The notes beneath the pieces were generated by a model. It was not told the origin of the DNA. It ran no database searches and was given only the letters and a program-made list of their open reading frames with translations. Positions 17,898-27,489 of a stretch of DNA of 32,000 nt are shown here, in pieces; the stretch's first letter is position 1, and the number at the start of each line of letters is the position of its first letter. Origin of the DNA: Archaeoglobus fulgidus DSM 4304 (GTDB lineage Archaea > Halobacteriota > Archaeoglobi > Archaeoglobales > Archaeoglobaceae); the NCBI RefSeq assembly GCF_000008665.1, contig NC_000917.1, forward strand, positions 990,001 through 1,022,000, written 5' to 3'. Both the position numbers and the translations under genes were made by a program.

Positions 17898-18487
17898 TGG
17901 AGAAGGAGTACGAGTATCTGGTTCCGCCGGATGATTACCTCGCAGCGGGAGTGCACATAGGGACCCAAATCAAAACGGGCGACATGAAGAAGTTCATCTT
18001 CAAGGTAAGGCAGGATGGGCTTTACGTTCTGGACATCAGAAAGCTGGACGAGAGAATCAGAGTTGCCGCAAAGTTCCTTTCGAGGTATGAGCCTTCAAAG
18101 ATTCTGCTGGTTGCGGCGAGACAGTACGCTCACAAGCCCGTTCAAATGTTCTCAAAGGTGGTTGGAAGCGATTACATCGTGGGGAGGTTTATTCCTGGAA
18201 CTCTGACAAATCCAATGCTCTCCGAGTACAGGGAGCCTGAGGTCGTTTTCGTCAATGATCCCGCCATTGACAAGCAGGCCGTGAGCGAGGCCACTGCTGT
18301 CGGCATTCCAGTCGTTGCCCTCTGCGACTCCAACAACTCCTCCGCTGACGTTGACCTTGTCATACCCACAAACAACAAGGGCAGAAGGGCTCTGGCCATT
18401 GTTTACTGGCTCCTCGCAAGGGAGATTGCGAAAATCAGGGGGCAGGACTTCACCTACAGCATTGAGGACTTCGAGGCCGAGCTTTAA
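17894..18487 (+). CDS. rps2: 30S ribosomal protein S2 (uS2)
   Basis: [11 protein letters not shown]... and a C-terminal region with AL.DSN motifs are typical of archaeal uS2. ATGA overlap with the eno stop. Confidence 0.9.
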
Positions 18488-18492
18488 GTTTA

Positions 18493-18498
18493 TTTTTT
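18493..18498 (+). terminator. oligo-T tract downstream of rps2 (candidate archaeal intrinsic terminator)
   Basis: A T6 run within TTTATTTTTTGTT lies 6 nt after the rps2 stop, at the end of the r-protein/eno operon. Confidence 0.35.
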
Positions 18499-18561
18499 GT
18501 TATCCTAATTATCACCATTAATTTGTAGAAAATTATATAATTATCTTAGGTTACAGACTGC

Positions 18562-19932
18562 ATGCTTAGGGCTGTTGCTCTGGTTATGGCGCTGCTGTTG
18601 ATTCCTGCCGCTGGAGCGTTTGAGTATCTCGGCGAGGTTTACACGGCAAAAACGGATGACGGAGTAAAAATCAAGCTGCTGAGATACCACCCGCCGGGAG
18701 AAGGTGTAAACGACGGTGTACAGCCGGTTGTGCTGTTTTCGGGGCTGCTCTGCAACATGAACGAATACCTGACTCACACACCTCCGGAACTCAAAGACCT
18801 CTACAAAACTCAGCTTCCATCAGAGCTTGCGGACTGGGCCGTGGGGGATGAGAGAATCCAGCAGGACCCCATGCTTTACTACAGCCTTGCATACTACCTC
18901 TGGAAGCAGGGATACGACGTCTGGCTCGTGAACTACAGGGGGACGGGCGTTGGGGAGCTGAAAAGCGGTGTCGGCTCTGCAAGAACGAGCCTCGATACGT
19001 GGGCGATTTACGACACAAAGGCGGCGATTACGAAGGTTTACGAGGTGACGGGAAAGCATCCGGTGATAGGGGGGCACAGCACCGGTGGGCTTGTGAGCTA
19101 CGTTTACCTGCAGGGCGCTAAATTCAAATGGACTTTCGCCTGCCTTTTCAAAAAGCCGTGGTGCAAGAAGGTCGTTTCGGATGATGATTTGGTGAGGGAA
19201 AGGAACGGATTGACCGAGGGTGAGGAGACTGTTGTTGGAGTAATTGCCCTCGACCCGGCAATGATTCCACCACTGCCCAAGCTCACAGACCTGAAGCTGA
19301 TGTGGCTTCTCCTCGACACCCCGCTTTACATCGACATCAGGGGGATCATGAATCTAATTGCGAAGAACGACAGGCTGTGGTGCGCCACTACCCACACTAT
19401 AGATGAGGTCTTTGAGCTAATATTTGAGATGAACGAGGAGTACGGGCAGTACAGCGAACTCATAAGAGATTTAACCTTCACAAACCCCGGCAACATGAAT
19501 GACGAGCTGAACGATTTCCTTGTAAGATACGTCGCTGACAGCCTCTACACTCCCACACTGGCCCACTACAACGATTTCGGAACTCACAGGACTGCGAGGG
19601 AATACTTCGAGAACGGTGGCAGAAGCTACCTAATTGTTCCCCCAGAACCAAATCCCGGAAAGGATGGCTACTACTATTACATTCTGAACATGCAGAAAGT
19701 CAGAGTCCCGTTCATAACGCTGCTCTCAGAATACGATGCGCTTGTTGAGGCGGAACAGATAATCAGAGACCTGATGGAGGCCAAGACACCACACCAGTTC
19801 GACGAGTACTACATAATTGAGGGCACAGCCCATCTTGACTTGCCCTTCGGGCTGAAGGCGCCGAGCGAGGTTTTTCCGAAAGTTGGGGCGTGGCTGGAGA
19901 AGGTAAGGGTGTACCCGGTGACTCCCCACTGA
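18562..19932 (+). CDS. secreted alpha/beta hydrolase (lipase/esterase-like)
   Basis: Signal-like N-terminus MLRAVALVMALLLIPAAGA. Nucleophile elbow GGHSTGG. Oxyanion-region-like VVLFSGLL. The C-terminal GTAHLD likely carries the catalytic His. 456 aa. Confidence 0.75.
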   Translation: MLRAVALVMALLLIPAAGAFEYLGEVYTAKTDDGVKIKLLRYHPPGEGVNDGVQPVVLFSGLLCNMNEYLTHTPPELKDLYKTQLPSELADWAVGDERIQQDPMLYYSLAYYLWKQGYDVWLVNYRGTGVGELKSGVGSARTSLDTWAIYDTKAAITKVYEVTGKHPVIGGHSTGGLVSYVYLQGAKFKWTFACLFKKPWCKKVVSDDDLVRERNGLTEGEETVVGVIALDPAMIPPLPKLTDLKLMWLLLDTPLYIDIRGIMNLIAKNDRLWCATTHTIDEVFELIFEMNEEYGQYSELIRDLTFTNPGNMNDELNDFLVRYVADSLYTPTLAHYNDFGTHRTAREYFENGGRSYLIVPPEPNPGKDGYYYYILNMQKVRVPFITLLSEYDALVEAEQIIRDLMEAKTPHQFDEYYIIEGTAHLDLPFGLKAPSEVFPKVGAWLEKVRVYPVTPH

Positions 19933-20040
19933 CTTTTTAACTTACCTTACGCCAAATGGGTTGTTTTTCCCTTAGGTAAAGACGACAACACGGAACAATT
20001 TTATAAGCAAAAGTCATTTGCTAACAATAAGGTGTATAAT

Positions 20041-20667
20041 ATGGGAGATAAAGGAGGTATCTTCAAGCTTTCGGCAGCTATGCTCGCAGTGATTGTCTTA
20101 AGCGCATGCGCTGGCGTGTTCACCACAGAAAAAGAGAAAACCGTTCTGGAGCCAACAGCAAGCGGAAAAGTCCTGAAGGACTTGGAGGACCTAAACTCAG
20201 GAGAAAAGATGTACCTCGCCGAGGAGGATTTTCTCAAAAAAGTCACTCCACTTGAGCTCTACGAAAGCCTTGCAGAGAAGATCGAAAATAGCAGCTTTAC
20301 CATAGTGCTCCACAAGGTAAGCAAGGAGGAGAAGGAGAAATTCATTCAGGCATGGCTAAAAGCTCTGTCGAAATCAGGCCATAAGGTTACCGTTCTGCCT
20401 GTATCGGAAGTTACCGAAGACAAAAAATCGCTTAAGCTTGATGAAAGGATTTTTAAAGCTGATTTGGTGGCTTTCTCGGCCAGACCTTTTGGAATTTTCG
20501 TCGTTGAGGATATTGGATTGCTTGATCCAACAAAGCCGGGTGGAAACCTGCCAATGATAGCACACCATGAGTTCAAAGCAGACTTTAACAAGTGGTTCTG
20601 GAGTGAGAGCGTTAACATCGATTTCACCGCAGCGCTCTACGACACAGGAGCTTTCCAAATTGGGTAA
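20041..20667 (+). CDS. lipoprotein-like exported hypothetical protein
   Basis: Hydrophobic N-terminus ending in a lipobox-like LSAC. No family recognised. ATG at 20041 is preferred over GTG at 20032. Confidence 0.5.
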   Translation: MGDKGGIFKLSAAMLAVIVLSACAGVFTTEKEKTVLEPTASGKVLKDLEDLNSGEKMYLAEEDFLKKVTPLELYESLAEKIENSSFTIVLHKVSKEEKEKFIQAWLKALSKSGHKVTVLPVSEVTEDKKSLKLDERIFKADLVAFSARPFGIFVVEDIGLLDPTKPGGNLPMIAHHEFKADFNKWFWSESVNIDFTAALYDTGAFQIG

Positions 20668-20770
20668 GCTATTTCCCATTTTTTCTCAGCTTCCTAATTG
20701 TCATCATAATGTATTTACCATATCACATCTCATTTGGTAACATTTATATTCTCCCCTACCAAGCTCCAGC

Positions 20771-21655
20771 ATGGCACAGATTGAGGTTGAGAACCTCACC
20801 AAGGTCTTCAACGGTTTCAGGGCTCTTGACGGGATAAGCTTGGTAGTTGAGAGGGGCGAAATTTTCGGTTTTCTCGGTCCAAACGGGGCTGGAAAGACAA
20901 CAACCATCAACTGCTGCCTCGGACTGATTAAGCCAACTTCAGGCAGCGTAAGGATTGCCGGAATGGACGTTGAGGAGAAGCCGGTTGAGGTTAAGGAGAT
21001 TTGTGGCTACCTGCCAGAAAATTACGGTTTCTATCCCAACTTAACGGCAAGGCAGAACCTGCTTTACTTCTCGGAATTCTACGCCAATCCTAAGGATAAT
21101 GTTGACGAGCTTCTCGCCCTCGTAGGCCTTCAGGATTCCGCAGACAAAAAGGTTGGAGAGTTCAGCAGGGGAATGAAGCAGAGGCTGGCCTTAGCTCAGG
21201 CACTGATAAACGACCCTGAGGTGGTCTTTCTGGATGAGCCGACCAACGGCCTCGACCCGCAGGGGATTGCAGACTTCAGGAAAATTATAAGGGAGCTCAA
21301 CCAGAAGGGCAAGACCTTCTTCTTCTCCTCCCACATACTTTCAGAGGTCAGGGAGGTGTGCAGCGTTGTGGGAATCATAAACAGGGGAAGGATCGTGAAG
21401 GTTGGGAAGATTTCGGAGCTTTCAGGCAGCATGGAGGTTGTTGTTCAAACCGAGCCCAGAGCTGACGAATCTCTGCTGAGGGAGTTTGGAGAGGTTGAGT
21501 ATGATGAGAGCAGAGATGTATATGTCATTAAGGTTGAATCGGACTGCAGAGTGGAAATTTCGCGCACACTCTTCGAGCACGGTTTTGTTGTTAAAGAGCT
21601 CTCTCTGAGGGAGCCAAGCCTTGAAAAAATTTACCTCAGCATGGTGGGAGAATGA
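20771..21655 (+). CDS. ABC transporter ATP-binding protein (ABC-2/DrrA-type, with a C-terminal accessory domain)
   Basis: Walker A GPNGAGKTT, signature FSRGMKQRL, Walker B VVFLDEPTNGLD, H-loop SSH. Confidence 0.9.
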   Translation: MAQIEVENLTKVFNGFRALDGISLVVERGEIFGFLGPNGAGKTTTINCCLGLIKPTSGSVRIAGMDVEEKPVEVKEICGYLPENYGFYPNLTARQNLLYFSEFYANPKDNVDELLALVGLQDSADKKVGEFSRGMKQRLALAQALINDPEVVFLDEPTNGLDPQGIADFRKIIRELNQKGKTFFFSSHILSEVREVCSVVGIINRGRIVKVGKISELSGSMEVVVQTEPRADESLLREFGEVEYDESRDVYVIKVESDCRVEISRTLFEHGFVVKELSLREPSLEKIYLSMVGE

Positions 21656-22545
21656 AGGCGCTGATTATAGCAAAAAAAGAGTTTGCGGATATCGTAACCA
21701 GCAAGAGGTTTTTAGCTCTGCTTGCAGCGATGCTGCTCACATACCTGCTCTTTGTGTCTCAAATGAGCCAGTTCTCGACAATCAGCATCAAAGCAGTTTT
21801 TGGTTTCCTTGGCTCTCAAACGATAGCCTTTGTCGGAGGGATTTTAGGGCTGGCAATAGGATTTGACATGATTTCGAGGGAGAAGGAGAGCGGAACTTTA
21901 AGAACGCTCCTCAGCCACCCGGTTTTCAGGGATGAAATAGTTTTGGGCAAAGCAATTGCTGCACTGGCGGCAATCTGCATTATAGTTCTCGTTACGGTAA
22001 TGTTCATCATCGGAGTTTCAGCCTTTTACGGCTACATACCAGCAGCAGACGATTTAGGCTTGATTGCGAAGTTCGCGCTGGCAACGATTGCATACCTCTT
22101 CACCATGTTCTCCATCGGATTGTTCTTCTCAGCAGTCTTCAAAAGCTCCACTACCTCATTAACAGTTTCCCTAACACTTTTCGTCATGCTGGCTATTTTT
22201 GTGCCGATAATGGCCTACTTCATCGCCGGCATCTTAGCAGGTCCTGCTCCCCAGCCGCCTGTTGACTTTGAAAAAGTTGATGAGAGCGTTATTGAATCTC
22301 CAGAATGGCAAAAGTATGAGGAGGAGAGAGAGGAGCACTTCAGAAGAATTCAGGAGATTACCCAGACAATTTTGCTGATTTCGCCCCAAAACAGCTACAC
22401 AACCCTCGTAAGCTCCTTCGCGGCAACTTCTGAATTCATGCCCTTCCAGCCAACGGACACAACCAAAAACGCTCTTTCTTTCGTCATACTGCCTCTCTTG
22501 CTGTTTACTCTAAGCTACGTCAGGTTCACGAGGGAGGAGCTATGA
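21652..22545 (+). CDS. ABC-2 family permease
   Basis: ATGA overlap with the ATPase gene. The N-terminal IAKKEFADIVTSKRF motif is typical of ABC-2/NosY-type permeases. About 6 hydrophobic segments and an acidic loop near the C-terminus. Confidence 0.75.
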   Translation: MKALIIAKKEFADIVTSKRFLALLAAMLLTYLLFVSQMSQFSTISIKAVFGFLGSQTIAFVGGILGLAIGFDMISREKESGTLRTLLSHPVFRDEIVLGKAIAALAAICIIVLVTVMFIIGVSAFYGYIPAADDLGLIAKFALATIAYLFTMFSIGLFFSAVFKSSTTSLTVSLTLFVMLAIFVPIMAYFIAGILAGPAPQPPVDFEKVDESVIESPEWQKYEEEREEHFRRIQEITQTILLISPQNSYTTLVSSFAATSEFMPFQPTDTTKNALSFVILPLLLFTLSYVRFTREEL

Positions 22546-24206
22546 AATTTTTCAGGTTTTTTCTCTTAGCTGCGATTGCGGCACTCCTTACTGGCTCGAT
22601 TGAGTGTGAACTCAAGGAGATAACTGCTGCCCCGGGAGAAGAGGTCTCCATCCCCCTCACCGTGAAAAATGACGAGGGGAATGAGAGCACCTTTCAGCTA
22701 AGCTACAGCTTCTGGTATGGAGAGGCTGAGGGCTACTTCTACTACAACGGACAGAGGGTTAATTCCTTAAGGCTGAACTCCAGCGAGTCGGCAGATTTAA
22801 CCTTCAAATTCTTGGCTCCGGAAAAGCCGGGGAGGTATTACCTTTATCTCCACGCAGACGGCAGTGCAGGCGTTACGGTGAACGTTGAGCTTCCAGAAAA
22901 GCCTCTGCGGATATCCCTCGACAACACGGGCATTGTTGCTGAAGGAGGGGATGTGGTTGAGGTTAACGCACTGCTGGAAAACACCCTCAACTCGCCGATA
23001 GAGGTTGATTTGAGCTGTGATGCCCCCAAAGGCTGGGAGTGCAGGTTTTACGACGGCGATGTGGAGGTCTACAGAACTGTGGTTGGAGAGGGCGGGAAGC
23101 AGCTGAGGGTTCAGGTTGATATAGATTCAACCGCTGATGTGGGAAAGTATGCGGTTACACTGCATATCGGCCCGCAAACCAAAGAATTTGAAGTTTTTGT
23201 GAAGGAGAGCCATGCGGGAGAGAAGGGGGAGGTGAGGCTCAGAGTTGTTGACAAGGATGGTGAGGGGGTTGCTTCAGCCAGAATCACAGCTGGAAACGAG
23301 ACCTTCTTTACCTCCGGTGATGGAGAGGCAATTTTCGAGGTTGAGCCCGGCACCTACGACCTGAAAATCGAAAAGGGTGGGTACTACGAGAAGACGATAA
23401 GGGACGTTAAGGTCAGGGGCGGGAGGACAAACGACCTCGGAACGGTTTTTCTTGAGAAAAAAGCTTACTATGCAGAGCTTTCGGTGAGCAGCTCAAGAAT
23501 CACCGTTTCCATAGGTGACGTGGCTTCCCTTAACGTCAGAATAGAAAACAGGGGTTACGGAGAGGACCAGTATGCCCTCAGCCTTGAAGGCCTGCCCCCT
23601 GATTTTACATACAACTTCAGGGAGGGTGAGCTTGCAGTCTCTGAGGTTTACTTGGAGGGTGGAGAAGAGAAGGACATCACCCTCGAAATCTACACACCGG
23701 CAACCGCAGAAGTGGGGGATTACAGCCTGAAAATCGTTGCCAAGGGCAAGTACACTGCCGAAAAAGACCTCAAGCTCAGCGTTGTTGGGAGAATGGCAGC
23801 CTACTTCAGCCTTGAGGGTGGGATGTACACTGTAAAAGCCTCTCCGGGAGAGGAGCTTGAGCTGAAGGGATACGTGGAGAACTCTGGGAGGGGTGTGACG
23901 CTGACCAACGTTAAGGTAAAGCTTGAACTTCCTCAGGGATGGAGCGGGGAGGTTAGCCCCGAAGTGATTCCCTCCGTAAAACCCGGAGAGAGGGGGGAAG
24001 TTAACCTTAGGATCAGGGTTCCCCCCGACGCCAAGCCGAGCGAGTACAGAATAACAGTTGAAACAACCTCTGACCAGATGACCATGAGTGACAGAATCAG
24101 CGTTGTGGTTGGAGAAAGCAGCGCTGCAACCTTCGTGGGGCTGGGGATCATTGCAGTAACCATTCTGGCTTTGATAATCCTCATCAAGAAGGTGGGGAGG
24201 AGGTAG
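22542..24206 (+). CDS. large surface protein with repeated Ig-like (CARDB/NEW3, COG1470-like) domains, a CarboxypepD_reg-like domain and a C-terminal TM anchor
   Basis: Signal-like N-terminus. Four repeats of the type ...V.V.N.G......L....P.GW...... .V..G....V.L.I..P....G.Y.I. Central RLRVVDKDGEGVASARITAGNE...PGTYDLKIEKGGY. C-terminal hydrophobic segment followed by KKVGRR. Confidence 0.7.
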   Translation: MKFFRFFLLAAIAALLTGSIECELKEITAAPGEEVSIPLTVKNDEGNESTFQLSYSFWYGEAEGYFYYNGQRVNSLRLNSSESADLTFKFLAPEKPGRYYLYLHADGSAGVTVNVELPEKPLRISLDNTGIVAEGGDVVEVNALLENTLNSPIEVDLSCDAPKGWECRFYDGDVEVYRTVVGEGGKQLRVQVDIDSTADVGKYAVTLHIGPQTKEFEVFVKESHAGEKGEVRLRVVDKDGEGVASARITAGNETFFTSGDGEAIFEVEPGTYDLKIEKGGYYEKTIRDVKVRGGRTNDLGTVFLEKKAYYAELSVSSSRITVSIGDVASLNVRIENRGYGEDQYALSLEGLPPDFTYNFREGELAVSEVYLEGGEEKDITLEIYTPATAEVGDYSLKIVAKGKYTAEKDLKLSVVGRMAAYFSLEGGMYTVKASPGEELELKGYVENSGRGVTLTNVKVKLELPQGWSGEVSPEVIPSVKPGERGEVNLRIRVPPDAKPSEYRITVETTSDQMTMSDRISVVVGESSAATFVGLGIIAVTILALIILIKKVGRR

Positions 24207-24208
24207 AG

Positions 24209-24952
24209 TTGATTGAGGTAAAAGGCGTCTCCAAAAGCTTTGGCAATAAGGCAGTGCTCAGCGAAGTGAGTTTTGTAGCTGAAAATGAGATTCTCGGCCT
24301 TCTCGGCCCAAACGGGAGCGGTAAATCAACGCTGATGAAGATAATCGCCGGAGTTATTCCCCCGGATGAAGGGGATGTCATTGTAAACGGCGTATCTGTA
24401 GCTGAGAACCCCCTTAAAGTTAAGGAGCTTGTTGGATTCGTCCCCGAAACTCCAGTGCTTTACGAGAGCCTTACTGCATCCGAACTCTTCAGCTTTGTCG
24501 GGGCAGTTAGAAAAATTGAGTCCTCTCTGCTGAAAGAGAGGGTTGAGAGGCTTGCTGAGGCCCTTGAGTTCACGGCGATGGACGAACTTTTTGCAAATCT
24601 AAGCCTTGGAAACAGGCAGAAGGTTTCCATAATCGCTGCTATGCTCCACAACCCCTCGGTGCTGATTCTCGACGAGGCTTTCAACGGCCTCGACGTTGCT
24701 TCAGCAAAGGTTTTCAGAGACCTGATTTTCCAGTTCAGAGAGGAGGGGAGAGAGGTGATTCTCTCAACCCACATCATGCCCATTGCCGAGAGAATCTGCG
24801 ACAGAATTCTCATAATTCAAAACGGCAGAATAATCGCTCAGGGCACTCCTGATGAGCTGAAAAAGGATGAGGATCTTGAAGATGTTTTTCTGAAGCTCAC
24901 GAAAATAGAGAGGGACATCAAACCTCTGCTGGAGGTGCTGTCTTCTGGCTGA
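24209..24952 (+). CDS. ABC transporter ATP-binding protein (second ATPase)
   Basis: TTG start 2 nt after the previous stop. Walker A GPNGSGKST, signature LSLGNRQKV, Walker B LILDEAFNGLD, H-loop STH. Confidence 0.9.
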   Translation: MIEVKGVSKSFGNKAVLSEVSFVAENEILGLLGPNGSGKSTLMKIIAGVIPPDEGDVIVNGVSVAENPLKVKELVGFVPETPVLYESLTASELFSFVGAVRKIESSLLKERVERLAEALEFTAMDELFANLSLGNRQKVSIIAAMLHNPSVLILDEAFNGLDVASAKVFRDLIFQFREEGREVILSTHIMPIAERICDRILIIQNGRIIAQGTPDELKKDEDLEDVFLKLTKIERDIKPLLEVLSSG

Positions 24953-24974
24953 GCCCCTCAGCAGGATTCTGGAC

Positions 24975-26294
24975 GTGATTTACAGGGAGATGAACTACCA
25001 GAACATGAAAAGAAACCCCCAGATTTCGCATGAGAGAGTAGTTAAGTCAATGAGGAAGTTCTCGCTTAGAGTGCAGGTTGCAAAATCCTTTTTCATTATG
25101 ACTTTCCTTGGCTCCTTCCTCTGCTGGGTTGCCTTCATCAGCAGCGGCTTGGGCCTGAGCCTAATCTTCACCCTCTCGCTCGTTTTCTCCCAGATCTATC
25201 CAGCCCAAAACATCGCCATATCAGCCTCCTCAAGGGTTTTCGAGCCTCTAAGGTATCTGCCCGTGAGATTTTCCGAGAGAATGCTGGTTGTTTTCTTCAT
25301 CGATTCAATCAACATACTGGCCTTTGCGACGCCAACAATTGCCGTTTTGATGGTGAAGAACCTTTACTTCGGACTTTATTCCCTTCTCTGGATAATCGCA
25401 GCAATTTTGCTGGGATACTCAATGGTTTTCCTCTACTACGCCCTCTTCGGCGTAAAGGTCAGGAGCGGCTTTTCCAAGTCAGTCCTCGCCGGGATTTTGT
25501 TTTTTGCCGTGCTCGTATTTGCGTTAAGGCGGTTTCAGGAAATTCCAGACCTCACACCATACTTGACACCCCATCTTCTCCTTCTGTCTTATGCGGCCTC
25601 CTCAGCCACCATCAAGCTATCAACAGGGAGAGTGTGGAGAAGCATACTCAACCCCGAGATTGTGGAGGTGAAGGGGAGCTCTCGGCTCAGCTCAGGCTCT
25701 CCGCTCAGAGCCATGCTCATCAAGGATTTCAGGCTGATTTTAAGGAAAAACGCCCTCTTTCCCTTAATCGTTCCTCTGGTCATAGTAATGCCGAACGTTG
25801 TCAGCATCGCAAACATGCCCAACCTCTCAATTTTTATCATCACCACGATTTCTACACTTTCAACCATCGACCTGCGAATTATCGGCAACCTTGAGAACGT
25901 AGATTTTTTGAGAATGCTTCCCTTGAGCAAGAGGGGCTTTGTTATGTCCAAAGCCTGCCTGATTTTCGTCATTTCCTTCGCCGCTTCCCTTCCAGCAGGT
26001 AGCATAGCCTTCATTGTGAGCCAGAATCCCTTCTACCTCTTTATGGCCTTTGCAATTCCCGCAATTGTTTCAATGCTCTCCTCGCTAATAATCTTCTGGC
26101 AGAAGGGAGAAGAAATTTACTTCCCTGAAGTGGGGTTCCTAAAGTGGATTGGGCTGCTTCTTGTCAATTTTGGGGCTGTTTACGCAGTCCTATCGCCGAG
26201 GTTTATTTTGTCCCAGCCCGTAGCCGATATAATCTCGTCCGTTCTCACCCTTCTCGCTATGACAGCACTCTTTGAAAAATTGAGAAGAATTTAA
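24975..26294 (+). CDS. polytopic membrane protein, probable duplicated ABC-2-like permease partner of the second ATPase
   Basis: At least 10 hydrophobic segments. The second half begins with the permease-type motif MLIKDFRLILRKNALF. The start is uncertain (GTG 24975, ATG 24990 or ATG 25050). Confidence 0.6.
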   Translation: MIYREMNYQNMKRNPQISHERVVKSMRKFSLRVQVAKSFFIMTFLGSFLCWVAFISSGLGLSLIFTLSLVFSQIYPAQNIAISASSRVFEPLRYLPVRFSERMLVVFFIDSINILAFATPTIAVLMVKNLYFGLYSLLWIIAAILLGYSMVFLYYALFGVKVRSGFSKSVLAGILFFAVLVFALRRFQEIPDLTPYLTPHLLLLSYAASSATIKLSTGRVWRSILNPEIVEVKGSSRLSSGSPLRAMLIKDFRLILRKNALFPLIVPLVIVMPNVVSIANMPNLSIFIITTISTLSTIDLRIIGNLENVDFLRMLPLSKRGFVMSKACLIFVISFAASLPAGSIAFIVSQNPFYLFMAFAIPAIVSMLSSLIIFWQKGEEIYFPEVGFLKWIGLLLVNFGAVYAVLSPRFILSQPVADIISSVLTLLAMTALFEKLRRI

Positions 26295-27454
26295 CGGAAT
26301 CCGAGAAGATTCCTTGCGATTATTAGCTTCTCTATCTCCTTCGCCCCCTCGTAGATTTCTGTGATTTTGGCATCCCTGTAGAACTGGTTTATCGCATACT
26401 CATCGATGTATCCGTAGCCTCCGTGGAACTGCAGAGCCCAGTTGGCTGTTTCAACTGCCACCTCTCCAGCATACCACTTCGCCATGGATGAGAGGGTGTT
26501 GTCAGGCTTGCCCTGCTCAACCTGCACAGCAGCGGCTCTGTAAACGAGGGTTCTTGCAGCCTCAATCTTTGTTGCCAGTTCGGCAATCTTGAACTGTATG
26601 TACTGGAAGGTTGCGAGGGGAACGTTGAAGGCCTTTCTCTGCTTCACGTAGTCAATTACGAGCTTCAAAGCCCCTTTGGCAATCCCCACAGCCTGCGCTC
26701 CAACCCACACTCTGCTCATGTCGAAGAACTCCATCATGTAGTAGAATCCCTTGCCCTCCTCTCCGACAAGGTTCTCTGCCGGAACTCTTACATTGCTGAA
26801 GCTGATTTCTGCTGTGTCAGTCGCCCTGATTCCCATCTTGCCCTTAATTTTGTTCGCCTTGTAACCCTCCCTGTTCGTCTCAACGATGAAGTAGCTTATT
26901 CCCCTGTGCTTAGCCTTGGGGTCCATCTCCCTCGTCCTTGCAGTGACGAGCAGAAAGTCCGCAATGGAGCCGTTGCTGATGAACTGCTTCGTCCCGTTAA
27001 TCACCCACTCATCTCCCTCCTTAACGGCCCTCGTTTTGATGTTTGCAGCATCGCTGCCCGCATCAGGCTCAGTGTTGGCCATGCCCATTATCACGTCTCC
27101 CCTTGCAAGCTTCGTCAGCCACTTCTCCTTCTGCTCCTCGCTGCCGTGCAGAACAAGAATTTCAAAGCCGAAGGTCGGTAGCAAACACGCAAGTCCGAGG
27201 CCGGGGTTGACGGCTGAGAACTCTTCCATCACAATCATCTTCTCTATCGGCCCATAACCGCCTCCACCGTACTCCTCAGGGATGTCGACAGCATGAAAGC
27301 CAAGCTTTGCACACTTCTTCCACAGCTCGTAGGGGAACTTCTCCTCCCTGTCGCACTCCCTCGCCAGCTCAGGCGTGAACTCCTTCTCCGCAAACTCTCT
27401 TGCAGCTCTCCTTATATCCTCCTGCTCCTCGGTAAAGGTAAAACCGATTGCCAT
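26291..27454 (-). CDS. acyl-CoA dehydrogenase
   Basis: 387 aa. TEPDAGSD, the FISNG motif and the C-terminal QFHGGYGY...YRDAKITEIYEG signature. Confidence 0.9.
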   Translation of the reverse strand: MAIGFTFTEEQEDIRRAAREFAEKEFTPELARECDREEKFPYELWKKCAKLGFHAVDIPEEYGGGGYGPIEKMIVMEEFSAVNPGLGLACLLPTFGFEILVLHGSEEQKEKWLTKLARGDVIMGMANTEPDAGSDAANIKTRAVKEGDEWVINGTKQFISNGSIADFLLVTARTREMDPKAKHRGISYFIVETNREGYKANKIKGKMGIRATDTAEISFSNVRVPAENLVGEEGKGFYYMMEFFDMSRVWVGAQAVGIAKGALKLVIDYVKQRKAFNVPLATFQYIQFKIAELATKIEAARTLVYRAAAVQVEQGKPDNTLSSMAKWYAGEVAVETANWALQFHGGYGYIDEYAINQFYRDAKITEIYEGAKEIEKLIIARNLLGFR

Positions 27455-27489
27455 GCTTCAAGTAAAAAATGGGTCTATATTTCTTTTTC

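Noticed and set aside
17492-17968. 158-aa minus-strand ORF
   Set aside because: Antisense to the enolase 3' end and the rps2 5' end.
19940-19990. Weak inverted repeat (TTACCT ... AGGTAA) downstream of the hydrolase gene, considered as a terminator hairpin
   Set aside because: Only 6-7 bp of stem with a loop of about 25 nt. Not distinguishable from chance by eye.
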